A DNA stretch of 44,987 bases from Atractiella rhizophila (lineage: Eukaryota): positions 1-44,987 of the forward strand of contig MU271555.1 in the NCBI GenBank assembly GCA_021432655.1. Reading direction: 5' to 3'. Made by a program: the position numbers and the translations under genes. Position 1 is the first letter of the stretch, and the number at the start of each line of letters is the position of its first letter. The notes under the pieces were generated by a model. It saw only the letters and a list, made by a program, of their open reading frames with translations. It did no database searches and was not told the origin of the DNA. Positions 11,801 to 22,833 of this stretch are shown piece after piece.

Positions 11801-12603
11801 AGAAACGACATCCGTTGCTACAGGTTTCTTGTCCAGGATGAGGTGTTCAATCATGCCGCAAGGCGCTGGTAGGGTTTGATGAGTTAAGACTTATACAGAT
11901 TGGTCGAAAATCAGAGCAATGTCGTCTGTGAGGGTTGCATCTCATAATGCTCGTGAAAAAGGCAAGCTTAAGTTACGATAAGGCTACCGAATCCTGAACA
12001 TTCCATGACAAAGCTTACATCCAATCTGTCTTCACAACTATAATTGAGGGAGGTTAACATATACAGAGAATGCAGAGTTAAATTAAAGTAACCATGTAAG
12101 GGGCCTGAAGCATTGTCAGTCTCGCTGGATCGTGATTGTTCAACGACGAATTGCAGTAACTTCATAATTCTCAGCAATTCCAACACGCATGTCACAATCT
12201 CTAGTTTGTCAAGAAACAAAGCGGAACAAATTAGTATGGCGGCTTTGAATACAGCCGAGCTCCCTCAGATTTTCATGGCCAGTTGAGGGTCAAATGTTGT
12301 GTCGACCACTGCTTTTAGATTGTTGAGTTGAGTATTCTGCGAACAATCAAGTGGTGCTAGCATATCCAAGTTATCTCTGACTTCGAATCGCCGCTAGTTG
12401 CGGGTTGCGAAATAGCTTCAGGTGTAAGATAGCGAAATACTACTCGTTATTTGTGAAAGTGAAACAAAGCTGAACCTGTGGTCGAAAGTTCGGCCCGATT
12501 TCTCGCACCGTGAGCGGCATCCCTCGCGAGCCAGAGCACAATTAAAGCACGACACCCAACAGCAAGAATACCACCACTTACGGCTCACAAGTTGTCCTTC
12601 ACA

Positions 12604-14918
12604 ATGTCCATGCCAAACCTCTTCGCACGCACACGCGCTTCCTCCCTCTCCCACTCTCGCCTTCTGAAGTTGTCTCGCCCGCCATTCCTCCAAGCACCAC
12701 GGTACAAAACGACATATTCGGTATCCGACCCGCTTCAAATATCAAGCCTCTTAACGTCCGAAGAGACTGATATTCGGGAGAGCATGCGCTCTTATGCGCA
12801 GGAGAAATTGATGCCGCGTGTTGTGCAAGGATACAGGAACGAGAGCTTTGACAGGAGCATGATGAAGGAGATGGGGGAGCTGGGCTTCTTAGGTGCTACA
12901 ATTGAGGGGTATGGTTGTGCAGGAGTCAGTAGTGTCGCAGGAGGCATGCTGTGTTATGAGATAGAAAGGTGCGTTTTATATTTTGGAAGCGGGAAGAATG
13001 AACTTAAAGAGTCGAGCCTGCATTCCATTTATCGAAACCGATTGCGACAACAGCTTCCATTTGGTTTCTGCAATAGGTTATATACTACCTTCAGCTTAAA
13101 CGCTTATTCTACACACACTTTTTGCTGCAGCATTAAATGAGCTCTTCCTATTACCCCTTTTACTTAAAATAAGAGCCAACTTTGATGATTCGCATGACCT
13201 TTTTCAAAGAACTTTGCTTAAATCACATAGCGCTTGTTCCTGTCACCCTTTCAAGCAGAAATTGATGGTACTACTTCCCGGTGATGATTACTAAACTGTT
13301 TCATGGAGGACACGATAAGATCCAGTACAGTATTGCAAACCTTGCTGAATCACGAATAGAGTCGATTCCGGGTATCGTTCGGCTATGTCGGTGCAAAGCA
13401 GTCTAGCAATGCAGGCCATTTGTAAGGCTTCGACAAAACCTGCACCTTTTCTGATGGTTTCCATTGTAGATATGTACGGCACCGAGAAGCAGAAGGAAAC
13501 CTGGCTTCCGCGAATGGGTACACTTTCACCCTTTCACCCTCAGACGCATGCTGAACGTTCCACAGCACAAGGAGATGTCATTGGCGCATTTGTGAGCTCT
13601 TACTTCTGTTTAAACGCTCTGTTGACGGAGAGCAGGGTCTCACAGAGCCTGATCATGGTCAGCTTCCTTCGCCCTAAACAAGGAAACGATGTGGAAAGTT
13701 TACCATCATAGGCAGCGATCCAGCTTCGATGAAAGCCACGGCAAGGGAAGCGAAAGGAAGCTCAAAAATCGTTCTGAATGGAGAAAAGACGTCTGTAGGC
13801 TTGCTTTCGCGATACCCCTTCTAATGTGATACAGATGGATTACAATGTCCCCCAATGCCGATATTTTCATTGTGTGGGCAAAGTGTGAATGGGACGGTAT
13901 GTCTAATCCACCAGATTCTCTTATTGCTGCTGACAAGCATTTATTGTAGGGAAGATTCGTGGTTTCATAGTTGAAAAGGTACAGCCTTTCGCGTTTCGAC
14001 TTCGTGGATTGAGGCTAAATACGTTGCGCAGGACCTTAAGGGTGTGTCTGCACCTAAAATCTCGAACAAAATAGGTCTCCGAGCATCGGTTACGGGATCG
14101 ATTATCCTCGAAGACGTGGAAGTAGATAGCGAAGCATCCCTCCTGCCGAATGTCAGCGGGCTAAAAGGGCCATTCGGATGTCTCAAGTTTGTTTTCTCTG
14201 CATCAGTGAATCCTAACCCTGATTGCCCTACAGTCACGCACGCTTTGGAATCTCTTTCGGTAAATTTTACAATCGGACTTGAACTTGAGCATTCTTTGAT
14301 TTCTCTGGTAGGCGCAATGGGAGCGTTGCAATCTGCCTTCGACTATACTCTCGAATATTCGCTCAATCGGTGCGCGCATTTCCATTTGGGACGCAAGCAC
14401 TATAACGAAGTACAGGAAGCAATTTGACCGTCCGTTAGCTTCCTTCCAACTCATCCAGAAAAAGTTAGCAGATGTTCACACGGAAATTGCCATTGGCCTC
14501 CTGGCATGCATCCAACTTGGACGTCTCAAAGATGAAGGCAAAGTCACGCCAGAGATGATCAGCTTGTTGAAGCGGAACAACTGTGGGAAAGCTCTGGAGG
14601 GGAGCCGGAAGCTAATGGACGTATTTGGAGGGAATGCGATTGCGGATGAGTATCACATTGGAAGGATAGTCAACAATCTTTACGTGTACGTATTTCTCAT
14701 CTTTGACTCCAACTTTCCTGATGTGGTTCTAGGGTAAACACATACGAAGGTAGGCATCCATGCTCTTCTGAAGAATTATCTCAAGCACTGTCCATATTAA
14801 TCAGGAACTCACGTAAGTTCCCTTATGCTTTCGTACAATGAGCCTGATTATTTGTTAGGACATCCATGCACTCATTTTGGGGAAGGCAATCACAGGGATT
14901 CCCGCGTTCGCAAACTGA
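12604..14918 (+). CDS. GCDH: Mitochondrial glutaryl-CoA dehydrogenase (acyl-CoA dehydrogenase family), many small exons
   Basis: Arg/Ser-rich presequence. [122 protein letters not shown] at 14916-14918. Confidence 0.95.
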
Positions 14919-15028
14919 TCCCCATCAACGCACTAGCACAGGTTGCAATGTATCACCTGCAGCATCTGAGAGACCCATTGAGCAAGTGGCGATGTATACT
15001 GAAATCTCAAGTACGATGGCACCATTAA

Positions 15029-16073
15029 CTAAAGAATATCATCTCGTTCCTTCCTCGCCTTCAAGAAAACTTTTTTTACATCCCATTCATCCTCAAACCA
15101 ATCATCTTCCACTTCTTCGATTTTGCCGTCTTCGGCCTCTCTCTCCTTCCCAACGCCCATCTGAGATGGACGAAGGGGCTTCTCCTGTTCGAATAACTGC
15201 AATCTCGCCGGGCGATGGATGTAATCTTGAATCCTGAGAAATGACGCTTTATGCTTCAAGTTCCATCGCTTGTTCTCCGCGGGTCCCACTGGTCCCCTCT
15301 TCAAAGCTTCCCTTACATCTGCATTCGAAGCGCATTCCCAGTAGGCATGGGCACCCTTGCCGTCCTTTCCGTGCAATACAATCAGCCGAAGTCGAGATGT
15401 GGGAGATGGGAGGTACGGGAATTGCTGTCTAACAGTGTCTGCAGAGTCGGAAGGGGAGAGGTTTCCGATTACGAGCGTTGTGCAGTAGTCATGATCTACG
15501 GGAAAGTTCCCCAAGTCCGGGGTGGAAGGTGACAACGCTATGACTTTGAGACGAAAAGTAATGATGGGCCGATTGCATGGCTTCAAACGACTTCCAACGT
15601 ACAGCAAGAGACCCAACGCGGTCTCGCTCGTAATCGAACCTGGCCGGCAAGCAAACCTTTCTAAGTTCCTTATTATATACAACTAAGGGAAGCGGAAACC
15701 AATACCGAAAAATATAGCTTTCGGCCCATGTCCTCAGTCCTCCTCGAGGAAACCATAGAGTTCTCAAGAACCATCGAGTAAACTTGGAAGAATGCCGCGG
15801 CATCGCTGGACGGACAATCTTCATCCAGCTGTAAAAACCAGGTTCAATCCGAGAAGTCGACGAGGGTTTGGCGTTGTTACTTTTCGATGCAATTGGAAGC
15901 TGGGAGGGTCCGGAAGAATTCGTCCAGTTGGAAACATGTCGAGAGATGGAAGGTGTGGTAATAAGGCGGCAGTAATTCAATGAACGTCCCAGCGCTATGT
16001 TTCTACACGCCGATCTGTTGAGGAGCCTTGTTGTTCCCCTCAAGTGGCAATTTGTGGCAACTGCCCATGGCAT
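15029..16073 (-). CDS. Unknown protein, paralog A of a divergent pair (possible degenerate RRM-like folds, possible mitochondrial presequence)
   Basis: ORFs 15489-16073 and 15029-15682 together align block by block with the gene at 16349-17274. They are joined by a frameshift or a weak 49-nt intron near 15497-15545. Confidence 0.65.
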
Positions 16074-16348
16074 GGAGGAGACAATTTTGATCCTACAGCG
16101 CGAGGTCAGTATCCATAATTAACATTCGGAGGACATCAGACGCAAGCTCTATGAAAGTCGACGTAGATTGCAGGCAGACTGCAATGACACAAGTAAAAAT
16201 ATACGTGAAAACGCCAAACTCTATCGAGCCTAATTGCCTACCTTGTCATTGCGCAGCATTGCGGTCGCAAAACCTGATCGCATAGTGCTTTCGAATTAAT
16301 AATCACTCTTGCTTCTTGCACTCGTGGAGCAGTGCCAGATACTATTTA

Positions 16349-17274
16349 ATGCTTCCATTACACCGACAATCTGTCAAATTTCTTTCATCTCCATTGAGGC
16401 CATCGGAGACCACACTCCACCCTCACCTTTCCCGCCTTGTTTCTTCTTCCGTCAGCGACACTTCTTCCAGGGTACCTGAACCCTCAATACAACAAGATAA
16501 CAATAGAATTTTCAATCGTGGCTACTTCTCCCACGTCGTCCCAATATCCAGCGTCTCAAGAGATCAATTTTTTACTTGGTTCACACAGGAGCTTTGGAAG
16601 CTCCCCCAAATCGGTCTACGAAACCTTGCGTCTCAGTATCGCCTACCGTATGCTTACATCTGTAAACCTTTCGAAATTCTCATGTAATCTTCGCAACAGA
16701 TCCGATGTTAGGTCTGGGGAAAGGCGCTTGTTGATCCGATGGCGCTCTTTCGAGGCGCTGAAAGAAGGCCATCGTCTCTTCGAAGGACGTGGCCCAATAT
16801 CTGCTCTATCTGTCCAAGCAAAACTATGGCCAATCAGTGATCCCAACACCACTACACTTTCCATGATTGGCGTGTCTCCGCACATGTCAGCAATAGAAAT
16901 TCGCAAACAGTTCCCTTATCTTTCCCCGCCAGTTCGACTGTATGCTTATGTGGGATATACTAAGAACAATCTCACGTACCCCTCCATTTCCTAACCCACG
17001 TGTCACTTCACTAACCTACCATTGATTGTGCTGTAGAGTAGTAGATTGGGAATGCAAAAACAACGAAGAGGTTCTTGAAGCTATAGAGCGTGGTCCCAAT
17101 GATCCGTTGGATAACCCGTGGGATCTGTCTGCAACGGGAACACTGTTCCGTATTCTCGCAGATATCTACAAGGAACAGAAGGAAGTGATGCGAACAAGGC
17201 CTCGCAAGCGGTCGGCGAAACACAAATCGTGGGTCATTTCATCCGTCTGTCGAGGGTGTTCAATAGCGGTTTAG
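16349..17274 (+). CDS. Unknown protein, paralog B of the divergent pair
   Basis: ATG 16349. Introns 16648-16699 (GTATGC..CAG) and about 16976-17036 (GTACCC..CTAAC..TAG) join three ORF pieces in frame. Shares RW(R/K)SFEA, R(K/Q)QFPYL, WEC..N..V.EA..RGP..P..N..W.L with paralog A. Confidence 0.7.
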
Positions 17275-19602
17275 CTCTGGTGAAGAAGGAATGGAAACTT
17301 CGTCCCAAGAGGAGGCTCGCGTGAATAAGACTGAGGGATCGGAGTACGTCCAATAACCGTCCATAGGAAACAAGGAGTTGACATAGTAATGTCTTGTGTA
17401 GATTGACTAATTCTCTGCTGAAAGAACTGAAAGGAATTCTTGGATAATGTGTCCTAATCTTTATGCTGTTCCAACAAATCTATCTACCCATGTGGTGGAA
17501 TCCAAAGCACAATTTTTAGATTTCATATTCACGAAGGATAAAGTATGCTGCCTTTAAGTATGAGAAAAGACGTTGAAGACGCCATAACTTGAAGCTTCAT
17601 ACAGTCCCTCACATCGCGCATCACCGCGATTATTCTTTGACCGTCTCGAGACTGGGCTGACATGGCTCTTTTTAGATGACAGATGTACTAACTAACCTAA
17701 GAAAATCTCTGCTACGTCCTCCTCACCTCCCCCTAGGTCGACAGGTCCACGCCTTTCAGAACCCCTCAACTCCCAAGTGCTCTGCCATGCTCTCCAACGC
17801 CAACTTACTAGAGGCCCTCAGCTCTCATCCTGTTTTGTGACAATGTCCACAATGGGAACATCAAAAGGGAGAACCTCAATTGAAAAGGACAGCATAATGT
17901 CTGAGATGTATATAATATCGCAATACACGGGCAATTACCTGGAAGTATTTATGTGAAAATCATTAACATTGGAATGAGGAATAAATTTACTTTTAAAGAA
18001 CAGCATGCTTTTCATGCACTGTGTCTATCCTTTTCGTCTGAGGTTGGGATAGGTCTCCAATCCAGTCATGAGATTGACAACCACCTTGACTCCAACATAA
18101 GCACTGACGTGCTTCTTGAACTCTCGAGGCATTTCATTCAAAAATCCAAACATAACATCACCAGCCCACCATGGAGATAGACAGTAAGGGTCCACTGGAC
18201 GAGAACCCACCCATCGAATTGACTCGAAGTTACCCGAGCTAAACTTCCACATCAAGCGGTTTTGATCAGGCACGGAGTTCGCCTCCCCAAAGAACCGACA
18301 TTTCGCACTCCATTCTTCATCCAACAGACTATGCAAGGCATCGACTTCTTCTGTGGTGTAAAATTCTGGAAAGACGGCGGACAGCAGTATCTGCCTCACT
18401 TTTCGCGATCCTAAAACAGGCACCCCGTCACGCCGTTCCCAAGTCATGCCTATCGCATCATGAGAATCAAACAAGAAACATATGTCTCCATACCTTTTTT
18501 TACCTGCTTCGCTCTTGGCGACACCATGTGCCTTCCCACCACATCGTTATATTCCTGCTCTCAATCAGGAGCCGCAAATATAATAAATGAACCTACATTT
18601 GAACTTTGGCCCAAATTATATCGATAGCTTTTGCTTCTTTCTTGACCGGAGAACTGATTCGAGGCACAGTTATTCACCATTGTTCATACATAACAATCTT
18701 TCATCCCCTTCGTGGCACTTATATACACCATCTAGATGAAGGGCTTGGTATTGAAACAAGCAAGTTCACCAAGATGCAAAGCCACAGGGTCCCGATGTGC
18801 ACGTGCATCAACCAAAATGCGACGGTGAGTCACACAATCCTCAAAAAAACACTTGATCTCTGAATAAAGTCCTTGCACAAACTGGCAACCTCAGGTTAAA
18901 TCATTAAGTTTGTATGCAGGTAAGTCTTGCTATTTACCAGATATACATATTCATGGCTTTGCACAGAACTGAATATATTGTCATTTAAGGTGTTTCAGAT
19001 TCTCTGCTTGCTCGAAGGCGTTAGGATTGGACAGTCGATCATAAATACTTTCTAGGATGACAATCAATAACAGGTCCTATCGAAAAGCTTGATTGCGATG
19101 CACGTGATCCAGGATATGTCTCAAACCAAGCCAGGATGCAACAAAGTAGCATTGCACTTCATCGAACAAATAACACGAACAATTTTATATTTCAACTCAA
19201 CCCCATCTCCCCAGACCGGGAAAGGCACGGATATTTTGTTTCATTATCCGTCGTGCTTGACAGCTTCTTCAGCAGCGCCAGAGTAGAACAGACGGAGACT
19301 CTCACGATGTAAATTGCTTCGCGGTCTCTCTGGACCATAAACTGGTTCTACACCGTCTCGGAAGCCATACTGGTTTCCTGGAGATTCAGCCGCCCGTCGT
19401 TGAGCGTTGTACTTTGCCTCAACCCGTTCTTGCAGTTGTTGGTCATAGTCGCAACCCCTTGGCCTTGGAAATGTGGACGACGTCCAAGGATATAGAGCGG
19501 CGTCGCTGGCTTCATAGTGAGGATGAAAATTCGGATCATGTATTTCGCCGCTACGCAGAGTAACCACTGCTTTACGTGCGACCCTGTCCGAGGGATGAGC
19601 AT

Positions 19603-20302
19603 CAATCGAGGATGCAGATACAAACGAACCATCGCTTAGATTTAGTAAGCTTGCTCGAGTAAAGTGGATGTAAGTTGACCCAAGGCATTTTGATGTTTCG
19701 ATATTTAGTCTTCAGGAAATTTCAGTGCAGATCCCAGTCTCAGTTTTTGTAGAGGAATCCTCTTAGAAGGACGAATTACTACTCAGAGCAAGCTTTTATG
19801 GTCAGGAAGAGAGCGGCGCCTTTGTAGGCAGCAATATACAGCAAATAATGCCAGTCAAGACTACAGACAGTGCAACGGAGCTAATCAACTCAGATGCCTT
19901 TGTGCAACAAGGGCTTGTAACTTGTCGGCTTTCGCTCGGGAATGAATTGCGACGTTTAACCATTTAGACGTCCAAAGATCCCTTTGTGAAACAAAGGACT
20001 TGTGCCTTTGTCGTCTTTTGACCATACATTTGATTCGGAATATTTCCCTACTCTGTGTCTGTTGAATTCAAGATTCTTTGTAATCTTACCATTGATCCCG
20101 CTTGATATTTCCTTTCCTTCGTCTCACAGTTCTTTATGCCCCAGCTAACCGTCTAACGGGCAGATCTCGCATATATCGACCTAATATGAATCAATGGTAC
20201 ACGACTGGTCATTCAAGTGACATTCTTTGACTCGCTACACTTAGCACCTGGCCTGCAATAGGGCTGCTTGTTGAATTTTCAACTCCCATTTTCTCCAACC
20301 AT
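19603..20302 (+). repeat. Direct repeat A, copy 1 (about 700 bp, diverged)
   Basis: Collinear with 21293-21986, e.g. GAGTAAAGTGGA..TAAGTTGACCCAAGGCATTT, CAGAGCAAGCTTTTATG, CAGCAAATAATGCCAG, GGAGCTAATCAACTCAGAT, TGACATTCTTTGACTCGCT. Confidence 0.9.
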
Positions 20303-20589
20303 AAAGGCTGTTTAAGGTTTCTAGAACAGTAACTGAGATGTGTGCCACCGAAAGGGCTACCGCTTTGGTTACGTGCTTCTATACCCAGGATTTCGTTCCC
20401 GCTGACGGTAAGAGCAACGGCAAAACACAATCACAATGTGATATCTAGGAAGAGGCGAGAGCCCCAAATCTGGATGGCTTGTCGGCTTGAGAGGCATACC
20501 CGACGGAGAACATGGCCAGCACCCTGTAGCCACCTAACACTTCTTCAGAGTGTTACTGACAACTTGAGGTTGCCTGTGTTTGTTTCAAG

Positions 20590-20918
20590 TTGCTCAGGTT
20601 ACTTAGGTTCGTTACAGTTTGACAGTGTCCGGCGACGTCCACCTCCCTCGGACTTTTGATCGACCTTGCCGCTCCGCATCGGCGCCAGTGAATCTTCTGC
20701 CAGCAAAAACGTCCAAGAACCAGTCAATCGCCTTCGGAATATATTCGCAGAGGTCGTTGGGAACTGTCAAATTTACGAAGGTGGGTGCCTTTGCGTGGGC
20801 GAGGATGGATTGCTGACGTTGACGCAAATTGTCTGGGCGGCGACCACAGCTCTGCTCGGGTTCTGTGCACCGCTCCAGCTTTAGCTCGCCTCAAGTCCTT
20901 GGACATGAAATTTTGAGT
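20590..20918 (+). repeat. Direct repeat B, copy 1 (about 330 bp, near identical)
   Basis: TTGCTCAGG..TTACTTAGGTTCGTTACAG..GGACATGAAATTTTGAGT matches 22420-22750. Confidence 0.95.
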
Positions 20919-21292
20919 GGGAGGCAGTGAGCCGGAGAGAGTGAATAGATGCATATGGTGGACTTGGGGAGGTGCGGGAGGGTATGGAGAAAGTGGAGGT
21001 GGAGACGGGCATGGTATGCTTGAGATTGAGAGAGGTGAAACGACAGAGGAAGGAGAGCCAGAGGTTTTTGGAGAAGGGTGAGGTTGGAGATCATGGGGAA
21101 GGGGAAAGTGGGACGCTTGGAGTCCAGGTTGTCGCGAAACGGGAAGGGCAATCTTCGCTTCTCCGACTGAAGCCTCCCCTGCACGCACGACACAAAGGAC
21201 ACGATTTGACTTGGAGAGGGGAAGAGAGGGATCAACCTTCGACCAGGCGACCATTACTTTGCGTACAACCTGGTGAAACATAATGAAAAACA

Positions 21293-21986
21293 ATAATTCG
21301 GGATGCAGAAGGACGAACCATCTTTTGGATTTGGTAAGCCTGCCCGAGTAAAGTGGACGTAAGTTGACCCAAGGCATTTGGATGTTTCGATATTCAGGCT
21401 TCGAGAAATTGTGGCAGATCCCGCTTCTCCTTTTCGTAGAGTAATCCTCTTAGGAGGACGAATCAGAGCAAGCTTTTATGCTCAACAAGAGAGTGGCGCC
21501 TTTGTACGCAGCAATATCCAGCAAATAATGCCAGCCAAGACTACTGCCAGTGCAAGGGAGCTAATCAACTCAGATCCACTTGTGCAGCAAGGGTTTGTAA
21601 CTTTCGCCTTTTTCCAGGGTATGAATCGTGACGTTTAGCCATTTAGACGTCCAAGATCCCTTCGCGAAACAAAAGTCTTGCGGCTTTGCGGTTTTTGAGC
21701 ATAATTTATTCGGAGTGTATCGCTATTCTGCGTCTGTTCTATTTAAGATTGTTTGAAATCCTACTATTTGATTGCGCTTGATATTTCCTTTCCTTTATTT
21801 CACAGTTCTGTATGCCCAGCTAACCTTCTAACGAGCAAATCTCAATGTCGACCTACTATGAATTGCAATGGCGCACGAGTTATCAATCGACTGACATTCT
21901 TTGACTCGCTGCGCAGGGGGGCACTGAAGCTTGCAATAAGGCTGCTTCGTCAGTTGAACTTTCAACAACCGCTTTCTCCCACCATG
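21293..21986 (+). repeat. Direct repeat A, copy 2
   Basis: Collinear with 19603-20302. Confidence 0.9.
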
Positions 21987-22419
21987 CTGTGACTTATCTC
22001 TAACATCCCCGCTGAATCATGGTCCAGAGCTCTGCGAGGTGGCAACAATCAATAACATTCAACGTTTATAAAGGTTGTGTGCATATGCGTGGCAAGAGAT
22101 GCTTAGGACTGGCCGAAACATTGAAGGAGCCATGCTTCTGAAGTCGAGACCATAAGTCATTGGATGATAGAGCATTAGCTGAGATATGTTAAAGCATATC
22201 ACAGTCAGATGCAGCCAATGAGAGAGCCACCAGTTTGATGACCATACCCAGGATTTCATTCCTTCTTTTAGGGCATGCAACGACAAGAAAATTACAGTCG
22301 TGATTTTAAGGAAGAGGGGATGTGAATGACGCCGAAAGATAACTTGCGGCTCAGCGCTATCCGCCCTGCGACCACAAGCACTCAACATATGGAGGTTGAC
22401 AGACGTTCCTTGGGTTTGT

Positions 22420-22750
22420 TTGCTCAGGTTTACTTAGGTTCGTTACAGTTTGACAGCGTCCGGCGACGTCCACCTCCCTCGGACTTTTGATCGACCCTCG
22501 CCGCTCCGCATCGGCACCAGTGAATCCTGCCAGCAAACGTCCAAGAACCTAACCTGTCAATCGCCTTCGGAATATATTCGCAGAGGTCTTTGGGAACCGT
22601 CAAATTTACGAAGGTAGGTGCCTTTGCGTGGGCGAGGATGGATTGCTGACGTTGGCGCAATTGTCTGGGCGGCGACCACAGCTCTGCTCGGGTTCTGTGC
22701 ACCGCTCCAGCTTTAGCTCGCCTCAAGTCCTTGGACATGAAATTTTGAGT
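22420..22750 (+). repeat. Direct repeat B, copy 2, immediately upstream of the gene at 22834
   Basis: Matches 20590-20918. Confidence 0.95.
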
Positions 22751-22833
22751 CGCTCTTTCACCAATTCCTACAGCCTCGTCGATATCATCCATTCGATTAT
22801 TCTCCCCATCTCCCTTTCTCTGCGTACTTCGAT

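Noticed and set aside
11800..12400. Possible decayed gene on the minus strand (ORF 11968-12219)
   Set aside because: No identifiable motif, so it is not supportable without a search.
16640..16700. Apparent frameshift in paralog B
   Set aside because: Explained by a canonical 52-nt intron, 16648-16699.
20724..21377. 217-aa minus-strand ORF crossing repeats A2 and B1
   Set aside because: Low-complexity CT-rich translation; the frame is not preserved in the sister repeat copies.
19603..21986. Repeat A copies as LTRs of a retrotransposon
   Set aside because: No TG..CA termini, primer-binding site, target-site duplication or gag/pol remnant seen; the interval between copies is only about 1 kb.
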